A DNA stretch of 64,000 nt from Tubiluchus corallicola (lineage: Eukaryota; Animalia; Priapulida), in assembly GCA_030141605.1 (NCBI GenBank), contig JAQGDQ010000026.1, positions 496,001 to 560,000 on the forward strand, read 5' to 3'. A model generated the notes under the pieces. It saw nothing but the letters and a program-made list of their open reading frames with translations, did not search any database and was not told the origin of the DNA. Positions 1-17,275 of this stretch are shown piece by piece. How positions within the stretch are numbered: position 1 is the first letter of the stretch; each line of letters begins with the position of its first letter. The position numbers and the translations under genes were made by a program.

Positions 1-457
1 AGTAACTATCTTGACTTGTAATAAAACATTAATATTTCATACAGGTTTTCAGTTTCTATTACATATCAGTGTGACTAATGTGGAGCCTCAAACCCTCATA
101 GCTTTTGGCTGGGACTCGCAAACTACACGAAGCAAGTGGTGGCTCGTAGCTAAAATTAATTGAGTGCTGATTCTGGAAATTGCATTCAGAAACGTTACAT
201 CACCTTCAAACTGCAAACACAGGAAGCAAAACAATGCATTTTTACTTCACAATTGCAACGCCGACTTTTTTGTTGATAAATTCAGAATACACAGATCGCA
301 AAACGTCAGTCAACCAGCGGGTGTCCATCTTGTGACAGCCAATTTGCTCCCTTTGTCTTCCCTTTTCCTTCACCTCAGTTGTGCAACAAAGATGTTGCAG
401 CTGTCAAACATAGGTAGAAAATGCATTGAAATATACTGCAAGAGTTAAGCTCGTGTG

Positions 458-517
458 TATTATTATTACTGTTATTATTATTATTATTATTATTACTGTT
501 GTTGTCGTCGTCGTTGT
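458..517. repeat. (TAT)n/(TGT/CGT)n microsatellite
   Basis: Trinucleotide run visible in the sequence. Confidence 0.9.
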
Positions 518-715
518 TACTTTCTCCGGCCATACAAGATTTTTGCAACTAAAGTTTGTTTAGCAGTAGTACAAAGACATTATAGTAGTATGGAAAAATT
601 AGAAACAAACAGATTTATCAGTTTCTCCAAACCAAAAAACTCGAACAAATCTGCCGCTGAAAAAGTCTCTCCCAGCTAAGTAGATAACATGAGCTGAGCT
701 TTCAAATTAACAAAA

Positions 716-732
716 ATGCTGTCTGTTCCAAG
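716..732 (+). CDS. SLC30A7: Candidate first coding exon of ZnT7 (MLSVP-R)
   Basis: caaaaATG context; ATG CTG TCT GTT CCA AG|gtaatt gives the phase-2 donor that exon 1764 requires, and would yield a 340-aa protein. It is much shorter than the typical ZnT7 N-terminus, so the true exon 1 may lie outside the window. Confidence 0.35.
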
Positions 733-991
733 GTAATTAGTTTCCCATTTTTTAGTTAAAAATTTTATACTGTTACAAGAGATTACTATTGCATTAATGT
801 TTGTTAAGGTTGAACATACAGTATTTGGCAGACCTCTTAATTGTTATCCACAATTTATCTAGGGTAATTAACTTATGTTGTTTCAATCCTTATTGCTTAT
901 ATAAGTTTTTTAGTTAGACTGATAATTTGTAATGTCTAGTATGACCTTAGTCGTATGATCATTTTAAAGGTTTTTTAAAAAATATTTTCAC

Positions 992-1315
992 GTTACCAAA
1001 CTTTCCTTGTGCCATAATCTGTACCAGATTTTCCTAGTACCAATTAAACTTTTCCAGTACTAAACTTTCCTAGCACCAAACCTGTTCCATACCATTTTTA
1101 CCTTGTACCAGATTTACTTGTACCAAAAATGTTTGACAAAACTTTGCCAGTACTGTATTGAAATTTACCAGTACTGCATTTTCCTTGCACCCAATTTTCC
1201 CAGTGCTAAAATTTCGCTGTGCTAAAAATTCCTGGCAGCAAATTTTCCCTTCATCAAAATTTCCTCGTACCAAAAGTACTAGGACCAAATTTACGTGTAC
1301 TAAATTTTTTCGTGT
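992..1315. repeat. Degenerate 15-16 bp minisatellite, about 20 units, consensus GTACCAAATTTTCCTN
   Basis: Units include gtaccagattttccta, gtactaaactttccta, gcacccaattttccca, gtgctaaaatttcgct. Confidence 0.8.
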
Positions 1316-1763
1316 TTTTCACTTTGTCTACATGCTGTAAGCTGTATGTTACGTCATCAAGTTGGGCGGGGCTAAACGCGGCTTGCGATCTGTGTATTAA
1401 AGCCGCGAATACACTTTTTGTTGTTGTTATTCCTCTTTTCCAGCCCCAGCTACCCATTACAACTCACCACGCCAAGGTGTACCTTTTTAGTCGATCAGAT
1501 CTGCCTCCCCATTTTCTCACCCAGTCCCTGTAGGAAGTAGATCTATCTATAGGAGGGTAGTGCCTTCATGAGACTTCTTCTTTACATTAAGAATCACAAA
1601 TTGAATCTCTCTTCTAAGTCTCAAAAACAGATTTTTTTGTTTACTTGGGGGGGGGGGGCTTTCAATCTAACCAACTTCCTCATCTGAATTGACTATTGTA
1701 AAGTAAAAACTTGTGTTGGTATCCTGAGAGTCTATTATTATTTTAGATTTTTTTTAATTTCAG

Positions 1764-9062
<7,299 letters not shown>

Positions 9063-9331
9063 TGCGATATGTCAAGTATAGGTAACATCGTTCGCAAACA
9101 TTCTTTAGCAGTTTTGCACAACTCTGAGATATATTGTTTGTGAGAATATGAGGCACATTTTGATTCAATCACAAGTGAAAAAATAATTAGCACAATTCTT
9201 TCCAATAACATGCAATTTTATTTTTAGATGTTTTAAGCTATCAAATTATTGTTATTTATTTCGCACTATCTATTCTGCAGATACTTGTCTAAAATGGTAG
9301 TCTGTAGCCTAATTACGTGATTGGAAGTGCA

Positions 9332-9420
9332 AATAAATGTATGGAATATTTCAATCATTAATTGTCATTGATAATTTTTCATTGTCTGTTATAAAAAATG
9401 ATGTATGTAGCAGAAATAAA
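9332..9420 (+). terminator. Candidate polyadenylation signals of ZnT7
   Basis: AATAAA at 9332-9337 and 9415-9420, the latter followed by GT/T-rich sequence; the AT-rich background makes this weak. Confidence 0.35.
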
Positions 9421-11126
9421 TTTTAAGAAATTTAGCTGATATAAAGTTTGTTTGTTGTAAATTATTTATGATATTCTAAGATGTGTAACAGAAAATACAT
9501 GTGAATAGTTGTGACCTTCTTACTTACACCGCAATAAGCTTTTAATGGAATTTTTGATTTGGAAGAGTCATAATAGAACCCAAGTCCCAACTATGGGACA
9601 TCTTGTGAAAGGAAAGCCTCACTTTGTTTCAGAGTCTGCATAAAGGGTGTCTAAATGTTGCTTAAATTATGTTAGTACCCAAGAAAATAATTTACCTTGT
9701 AGCTGTCAGTAAATGTATCATTTCATGTTTCTCTTGTTAGTTTAGCTTTGGGACAAAATTACTTTTTATACCAGATTATGGAGTACGTTTCTGTTTGTTT
9801 ATTAGATTTTTAATCATTTTGAAAATGTGAGGAACTGCACAAGACTATCCATAAGTATTTCACTAGTACACGAGAATCTGCATTAAGCTATCAAGTTGTG
9901 TGCAAATGAAATTATGTAAAAACTTTAACTTGTAAGCAAGTAACCATTTGTAACGAAATCTAATGGCAAATTTACTCATGTAAACTAATTTCACACAGTA
10001 AGGTTCTATTTACTTAGTGCTCAGTAGAAGCATTGTAATTTCTATTATGAAATTTAGAATTTTAATTGCTATCGATATCTTGAAATTTTTCAGGTTAAAG
10101 CTTTGCTTAGTTTGCTAGTTTAACATGCGCATTTGTAGGAGATGCGAATTTGTAGAGATCTTATGCTTTTTGTGACTAAACCTTTATGTTGGTGAAGTCT
10201 TTGTTGCTGGCATTGCCATCGTTTTCTATTACCCTCCAGTAAAGGATGTATAGATCTAACTAGTAATCTTAGGTTGAGATGTAATTATTTTCAGCAGGTG
10301 CTGTGCTTAATTAATAGCAAGGGATTCATTTTAACTTGTATGTAAAGTTGCAATGTTTGTAAAATGTTACAAAAAATGAAATTATTTTAATTTATTTTTT
10401 CATTCTATATTATACTGTGGTGTTAAGCTAACTATATTTGTTATAATATTTTGTTATTACTATTGTGTAAAGTGGGTGAATTAAAAGAAAGACTTAGTGT
10501 TTCATTTAATTTTTCAGTTCTGTTTGCACTGTTATTATATTCTGGTGTAAATTTCAACATGTTGGGCATTTTTCAAAATGATAGTATATTTACTTTAGAA
10601 ATGGTCAAACAAATACCAAATTATTAATCCAAAATTGTCATAAATTAAATATTTAGTACATACAGACACTAGACAGATCAAGCTCATGAGTTACGTACTT
10701 TTCAGCCAACAAAGTTGGTTGTTATGTCATTTCATGTCACGTTATGTTGCGTTGTTTTAAAAGTTCATTGTTATGTCATTTCATGTCGTGTTATGTTATA
10801 TAATAATAATACTAGTAATAACTTATTTTTTGCGAGCAATAGACCACGTCTCACCACTTGTTACAATAAAACACAAAACAATAAAAATTAAAATACAAAT
10901 TTAATACAACTAAAAACTCAATACAGGCTAAAAACTGAAAAGCAAACATTTCAAAAACAGTAATGGATTAGCTGCACACTCGAAAGTTCTTCAAACAGAT
11001 TAAAAAAATATTATAAAAGCAATCAGGTGAAATGAGAATTAAGTGAAACTGGCTAGATTTGCTTCTGATTATATTATGTTGTTTTGTTATGTTATGTTAA
11101 ATAGATAAAGGGGGCAGAAAATTAGT

Positions 11127-11171
11127 TTTATTAAAAACAATAATTATTACTATTTATAAACAGCTTTTATT
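11127..11171 (-). terminator. Candidate polyadenylation signals of the ANK-cGLR gene
   Basis: TTTATT on + (AATAAA on -) at 11127-11132 and near 11166, about 450-500 nt past the stop. Confidence 0.35.
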
Positions 11172-11621
11172 ATTGTGTATAAAATGTTGGCATAACTTCT
11201 ATGGATGAAGTGTCTTCCTGATTAAATGCATTTGACTAATTACATCATACATTTTTAAAATCACAAAAAATAAAAATTTTGGCCTGCGGAATACCTAGTA
11301 CAATCACAAAAACACATCAAACATCAGGCAATTTTATCTCTATTATAAATTTTTATAATTAAATACTATAATTATCTATAGGCCAAATTGATCAGTTAAA
11401 TGCATAATGTTTGGCACAAAATTGCTTAATTACTGTACAGAATGATTCAAATGATTATGATTAATATTGGCCTGTTTTTACATACAGCAAGTCCATCTAT
11501 GTACATTCACACAAAGAACTGCACTATTTACACAGACACTTGAATTGGACCCAATTTGACATTTCTGTATTGTATTTTTAATGTATTTCACTGTATTTTG
11601 TGCAATTCCTGGCACAGAATT

Positions 11622-14600
11622 TCAAAAAGGTGTGGCAATTAGCTCAAGACTAACAGGCGGAGTTTCCTCCGCATCGACTTGAGGTTCACTGATTTGATCA
11701 ACAAGGTCCACATGATAAGGATTTCTAGGTATAAGCATTAAATCCACTGACAAACCTTCACTTGTGAATAGAGTTTCGTAATCACTTGTTGTAACAGCGA
11801 AAACTTTCTCCGCAATTTCCATTGCTGTTCTGCTGATAACATGAAGAAAGTGGTGGCCAAGAATTTTTTTACCCAGAAATGGCCGCATTATGTTGACACC
11901 TTCTAAAAGCTCATGTGGCATTCGTAGTTGAAATGCACACCAAGCAATATAGTTATAAATATTGATTACTCTCTGCCAGTTAGGCAATCCATTGTACGTC
12001 CAGTCCTCATCATTAGGAAACTTACACACTTCTTTCAAAAATGCCATTTTCAATACATAAGAGTCTATGAGTTTTTCTGGGTCGTTGATGATATAACGAC
12101 AAATTTTCCTCTGAAAATCTACGGTTGTATACATTTCTATAGTTTCATTGCACTTCTGAATAGTGTTTGTAAAAGACTGCAAACAACTGTTAGCGCGATT
12201 AAACCTGTTATATCCATAGAGCTGAGGATTCCTGAGTGCTTTTGCTATCATTAATGTTTCCTTCTTCTCAGTTGACAGATTATTAATCAGGTCAATTTCT
12301 GCAAGTGCTGTTGTAATGGACCAATACTGCCAAGGACATTCTACAGCAAAGCTGCTTGGTTTCGGAACAAGATGGTAGACTGTTGTGTCATATGGATAGT
12401 TGTCAGATGCATTATGAGGTTGTCCTATGACTAAAATAGCTGGTGTAATATCGACTGTAATTGGCAACCGTTTGTAAAACTTCCCTCTCCACAACATTCT
12501 GAGCGTGATGCACACTTTGCTCCAACTGATGTTATGTTTATTACCAGTAAATGCCAAATATAAATTGTCATCGTAAAAATCTAGATTTGCCAGTGCATGA
12601 CACAGAACTTCTGTAAATTTGTCCTTAAGACTTATCGACAGAAAACCATTAAACACCAAACCATGGAATTCAGTCACTTGGTCATTCACTTTGACTTTTA
12701 CTATGTCTGGGTCATTTAGCGATTCTACAAAGCACAACTCATATGCACCATGTCTCGATAAACTTTCCAGTTCAAACAGGAAATCGTACTCGTTTGGAAG
12801 CCCAATCTTGACATCAGAAGCAGTACTGCCAACTAAAATGGGTTTGCACGAAAATTCTGATGCTGTTTGTGATATTTTGTTGGCCAACGAATATGAAAAC
12901 TTCCTAATGGCATTTAGTACCTGTGAATTTTCATAGGTGTCATTTAATTTGCCTATGCAAGGTGTGTACAAAAGTTCTCTAAGTTGAAGTTTCTCCATTT
13001 TAATTTCTGTATTTAACAGAGCGTGCATTGATATTTTTCGCTTATCTATGCAATACTTGCCACATTTCTCCAGTAAAGCAACACCTTGATCATTTCCAGA
13101 GTACCATGCATAATCACAAGGTGTAGCTCCATGTTTGTTTTCAATCATGCTAAGAGATGTTGTAGATATTACCTTGTCCAAGATTTCTACCATAGAAGGA
13201 CTTTCTGCAAAAATATGCACCGGAGTTACTCCTTGTTTATCTCCAAGCAGTAGAGAAGCACCAGCAGCTATAAGTTCATTGATAAAATCTGTGTCGTTAT
13301 TGAGGGCAGCTACATGTAAAGCAGACAACCCGTCTGCATTTTGTTCATCCAAATTCAGTGTACTCAAAGAAAGATTATGGTAAACTTCCAGTCTTTGATA
13401 ATGAACGATGAGATGTAAAAGCAGATTGCAATTTAGAGTAATAGCGCAGTCACCTTCTGTTTCAAACAAATGTTTGCACTGCTTCACATTTCCATAGAAG
13501 ACTGAAAGCTGTGATTTATGAAGATAATGTTGAGCTATAAGAAGTAGACCAGCTGTTTCTTTGTAACCGTCATTTGGAACACGTGTATTTCCTGCTTCGG
13601 TGCAGAGGGAATATGGTGTTTTTCCTCTTACATCTTTTTGGTCTATCTTTGCACCAGCCTCTAGCAAAGCTTGTACGTTGGATGAAATACCTCCTTGTGC
13701 TGCTTTGTGTAAAGGAGTCTGTTTATTGTCATCTATGACGTTTACATTAGCACCAGCTCTTAATAATAATTTAACACATTGCAAATTATGAGTATGTGAA
13801 GCCAGATGAAGAGGCATCTGTTTCCTTTTATTTGGAACATTGACCAAATCTAGTTTTTCTTTAAATTGCAGATGCTTTAGAAGAATGTCTAAGACATTTG
13901 AGTTCTTAACAGCATAATGTAGGAGAGTGCACCCATTGTTGTCCTGAATATCAAGGGTAGGATCGTTAGTCAGAAAATACTCTAGTAATTGCAAATCTCC
14001 TTTTGCAACTACAAGATGAAGAGGTGTTTTACCATCCTTATCCTTAACATCAACCTTAGCATCAGCTTCTAGTAAAGTTTTGACACTTAACACATTTGAT
14101 GATTGGTTCATCACTGCATCGTGAACAGGTGTACGATGATTAATGTCAGGTGTGACAACTCCTTGAGTATGACTACATTTTGACACAATGTACCTCAGTA
14201 CAGGTGGATACTTCGTTGCATAATGTATAGGTGTTTTCCCTTTTTTATCAGCTGCCAGTACATTTGCACCTGCATCAACCAAGCATTCAACTGACTCCAA
14301 CTTTCCTGTATCAGCTGCTAGATGTAAAGGTGTTTGACAGTCAATGTTCTTCGCATCAAGAAGTTTAACTCTTTCATCTTTTATCTGCTTGGTCAGTAAG
14401 TACAGTATTTGTGGATGTCTAACAGCATAGTGAAAACAGGTGCATGCCTTTTCATCTTTCATAGTAATGTCTGCACCTACTTGCAAGAGACTTTCAACTG
14501 AACAAATGTCTCCAATTTCTACGGCATCGTGTAATGGCGTTTTGCCAAATCTGTCTGACTTGTTAACCAGCATTGCATGTTTTGACTTACAGACTTGCCC

Positions 14601-16076
14601 CAAAAGCATATTTAAAACATCTGGATATGATACAGCTCGATGAAGCATAGTTCTTTGATTCGTATCTTTATTGATCATCCACTCATTGGTTTCAACTTTT
14701 GCGGACAGAAGGCATCCAGCCAGTTCTTCTACTGCAGGTAAGCATTCCATAGAAATAAGTTCCTGCAGAGGTGCACATTTGCAGTTTATCAATAACTGTT
14801 CAAGTAATTTGGGGCGCCTGGTATGATCTGCTGCATAATCTACAGACGTTCTTCCCCATTTGTCTTTTAGCATTATATCTGCACCAGCATCGACTAAAAG
14901 TCGCACAACATCAATGGCATTATGCCTTGTAGCTAAATGAAGTGGTGTCTGAAGTTCTTTGTCTTGCATGTTAATGACTCCAATGTTTGCTTCACTTAAC
15001 CGTGAGAGAAGCATCTCCATCAAGTCAGGATAATCAATGGCATAATGCAATAAACATTTTCCGTCTTCATCTGTGTCATTCTCCCAGTCTTGATAAGTGC
15101 CCATAGCAGCTTGAAAACAAAAAGCTAGTTGTATAGTAGGAGTATAATCTGTCTTGTCTAAGATGGATTGCAACACGCTGTCAAGTGGATAGTTTTGCGA
15201 TTGCAAACTCAGTAGTAATTGCATGAGTATGTTTGGATTATCTTTGGCATAGTACATAGATGTATGACCATCCTTATCTTTTGCTAACACATTAGCTCTA
15301 GCTTGAATAAGGAACTGTATAGATTCACTTTGCTTTGCCTTAACTGCATTGTGAAGAGGAGATTGTCCTTCATTATCTCGCACATCTACGTCCTGTAGAT
15401 GACATGCAGTTAGCAATTTGTGCAAAATTTTGGGTGTGTTGATCGCATAGTGCAGTGGTGTTTGTTTCCATTTATTTGGTGATGCCACATTGGCTCCTGC
15501 ACACAATAATAAATCAACTGTCTTCTCAGCATCTTTTAATATGGCATAATGTAAAGCGGTTTGCTTATCGACATCTGTAGCATTCACGTGACATTCCTTT
15601 GTAGCAGTTTTATCGAGCAGAATCTCCACAATCTCGGGATGCGTAACTGCTAAGTGCAAAGGGGTCTTTCCCCAAATATCTTGTATTCCTATGTTAGCGT
15701 TTGCACGCATGAGCCATTTAACTGAATTCTGCTTATTCAGTTGAACAGCCAGATGAATTGGAGTCTTCCCATTACAATTTTGGCTATTTACGAGGTTTGG
15801 CAAGTCACTATAATTTATTTGCATAGCTATGAAATTTAGCAGTCCTTCGTATCCAACTGACTTATGCAAAATGGTGTTGCCTCTTACAGTATGCTTTCTA
15901 TCTTCCTTTATCACTTCTACCCAGTCATCATAGCCGGTGCCATTAAGTTTTGCCAGCAATGCTTCAATGAGCAATGGTTCTTCATGCAGGATATAGTGTC
16001 TACTTTGTTCAAAATTGAAACCATGTGGAGAATCTTTCTCCAAGTCATTTGTCATTCGTGTGTGTAGTTGAAGCAT
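11622..16076 (-). CDS. Ankyrin-repeat + Mab-21/cGAS-like nucleotidyltransferase protein (ANK-cGLR), 1484 aa, single coding exon
   Basis: 4455-bp open frame. About 25 TPLH-type ankyrin repeats (aa ~65-1005). NTase motif GSTASDVKIGLPNEYD (G1083, S1084, E1096, D1098), third acid VDITPA (D1209), and C-lobe SYVLK (S1339). An in-frame TAG lies 10 codons upstream of the ATG. Confidence 0.93.
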   Translation of the reverse strand: MLQLHTRMTNDLEKDSPHGFNFEQSRHYILHEEPLLIEALLAKLNGTGYDDWVEVIKEDRKHTVRGNTILHKSVGYEGLLNFIAMQINYSDLPNLVNSQNCNGKTPIHLAVQLNKQNSVKWLMRANANIGIQDIWGKTPLHLAVTHPEIVEILLDKTATKECHVNATDVDKQTALHYAILKDAEKTVDLLLCAGANVASPNKWKQTPLHYAINTPKILHKLLTACHLQDVDVRDNEGQSPLHNAVKAKQSESIQFLIQARANVLAKDKDGHTSMYYAKDNPNILMQLLLSLQSQNYPLDSVLQSILDKTDYTPTIQLAFCFQAAMGTYQDWENDTDEDGKCLLHYAIDYPDLMEMLLSRLSEANIGVINMQDKELQTPLHLATRHNAIDVVRLLVDAGADIMLKDKWGRTSVDYAADHTRRPKLLEQLLINCKCAPLQELISMECLPAVEELAGCLLSAKVETNEWMINKDTNQRTMLHRAVSYPDVLNMLLGQVCKSKHAMLVNKSDRFGKTPLHDAVEIGDICSVESLLQVGADITMKDEKACTCFHYAVRHPQILYLLTKQIKDERVKLLDAKNIDCQTPLHLAADTGKLESVECLVDAGANVLAADKKGKTPIHYATKYPPVLRYIVSKCSHTQGVVTPDINHRTPVHDAVMNQSSNVLSVKTLLEADAKVDVKDKDGKTPLHLVVAKGDLQLLEYFLTNDPTLDIQDNNGCTLLHYAVKNSNVLDILLKHLQFKEKLDLVNVPNKRKQMPLHLASHTHNLQCVKLLLRAGANVNVIDDNKQTPLHKAAQGGISSNVQALLEAGAKIDQKDVRGKTPYSLCTEAGNTRVPNDGYKETAGLLLIAQHYLHKSQLSVFYGNVKQCKHLFETEGDCAITLNCNLLLHLIVHYQRLEVYHNLSLSTLNLDEQNADGLSALHVAALNNDTDFINELIAAGASLLLGDKQGVTPVHIFAESPSMVEILDKVISTTSLSMIENKHGATPCDYAWYSGNDQGVALLEKCGKYCIDKRKISMHALLNTEIKMEKLQLRELLYTPCIGKLNDTYENSQVLNAIRKFSYSLANKISQTASEFSCKPILVGSTASDVKIGLPNEYDFLFELESLSRHGAYELCFVESLNDPDIVKVKVNDQVTEFHGLVFNGFLSISLKDKFTEVLCHALANLDFYDDNLYLAFTGNKHNISWSKVCITLRMLWRGKFYKRLPITVDITPAILVIGQPHNASDNYPYDTTVYHLVPKPSSFAVECPWQYWSITTALAEIDLINNLSTEKKETLMIAKALRNPQLYGYNRFNRANSCLQSFTNTIQKCNETIEMYTTVDFQRKICRYIINDPEKLIDSYVLKMAFLKEVCKFPNDEDWTYNGLPNWQRVINIYNYIAWCAFQLRMPHELLEGVNIMRPFLGKKILGHHFLHVISRTAMEIAEKVFAVTTSDYETLFTSEGLSVDLMLIPRNPYHVDLVDQISEPQVDAEETPPVSLELIATPF

Positions 16077-16208
16077 GATTACATGTATGTATTTGGTGAT
16101 GTGCTAATTACAATCTATATACATTCAGTTATGCTCCAATTACGTTCCAGAATTTGAGTTGTGGTAAAGTCCGAATACAATCCACTTCTACCAACATAAG
16201 TAAGGCAC

Positions 16209-16812
16209 CTACAAATAAAAAATTAAGTAAGACATAATAGGACGTTGAAATTCGAATTAAGAGATGTTGCCACATAAAGACCCTTACATGCTAATGCCTT
16301 CTCAAAGTCGAGAACAAAATTGCCCTGTTAGAGCAGTATTATGAAACGAAAGCATGATAATTATTATACTCAATATTATATGAGATGGTTTACTTGTTAT
16401 GGCTTGGTTAATCTGGCATACTTCTACTGTCTAAATGCATAATGTAAATCAAATAAAAACAAGTTGTCAACACAGTACAGCTAAAAATGACGGGCCTCAC
16501 AACCAAATTAAGTTTTAAATTAATTTAAACTAAGTTGTTTTGAAAGGTAGGTTGAAGCAACCTGAAAAAGCATGTAAAAGGAAATGTTTAATAAGATAAT
16601 AATCTTTCCTGATTTTTTTTTCTACTGTTCACATATAAATGCCCATTCATACAGTAAATATAACAAGAAAGTATGAATAGTCAGTTAGTTTTTTATTATT
16701 GGTATTTTCACTAGTTATATTAAATCATATTTCATAAGTTCTATTTCATTGACAATTAAATTTCACGATAATAAATTTATAGTAAAAAGCATTGTGTAAG
16801 AGAACGACTCAC
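16209..16812 (-). other. Probable 5'-UTR intron of the ANK-cGLR gene
   Basis: On the - strand: donor CGA|GTGAGT at 16812 and acceptor TTTTTTATTTGTAG ending at 16209, 132 nt before the ATG. Confidence 0.55.
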
Positions 16813-16955
16813 TCGGTAAACGACTCAACGGCTGATGACGTTACAACCTAATTAACCAATAATTACAACCACAAAATTATTGAAGACACGTTGTGAAGGT
16901 AAGCAGCTGCGACACTAAGCATATGCAATGTAGTCAATAGTGCCCTCTATATAAC
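16813..16955 (-). promoter_or_regulatory. Putative non-coding first exon/core promoter of the ANK-cGLR gene
   Basis: Next to the GTGAGT donor; CRE/ATF-like TGATGACGT at ~16833-16841, CCAAT at 16856, and TAGAGGGCACTA (CTCF-core-like) overlapping TATATAG on the - strand at 16938-16953. Confidence 0.3.
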
Positions 16956-17275
16956 TAAGATGACATCCTGAAGCAAGAATAACGAAATGTTCAATCAAGG
17001 ACAATGTTTTCATACACTGAAGCAATTTTGATACAGTAGTTCACGAAGTACAGAAAAAAACAACGAATGCACTTAGCATAAGTAATATGCTCACAACGGC
17101 AGCAGTGCGTGTCAGTATCAATAACACAGTGATTCAGCATACATAAAAACACGCTAGTGAAACACATAGTGTTAGAAGTTACTCTATAATCCTCATAACA
17201 AAATATGCTTTGTGTTATTAGGCCTATCCTAAATTACGTTATCTGTTTCAATAATGCACCTTAAAATGATGTTTG

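Noticed and set aside
392-413. ATG TTG CAG CTG TCA (MLQLS) as the ZnT7 start
   Set aside because: Its donor is phase 1, incompatible with the phase-2 acceptor at 1764 unless an unseen exon intervenes.
992-1315. CRISPR-like array
   Set aside because: Eukaryotic context, and the degenerate units are contiguous without unique spacers.
11928-16067. Short + strand ORFs inside the big gene
   Set aside because: Antisense shadows of the 1484-aa CDS.
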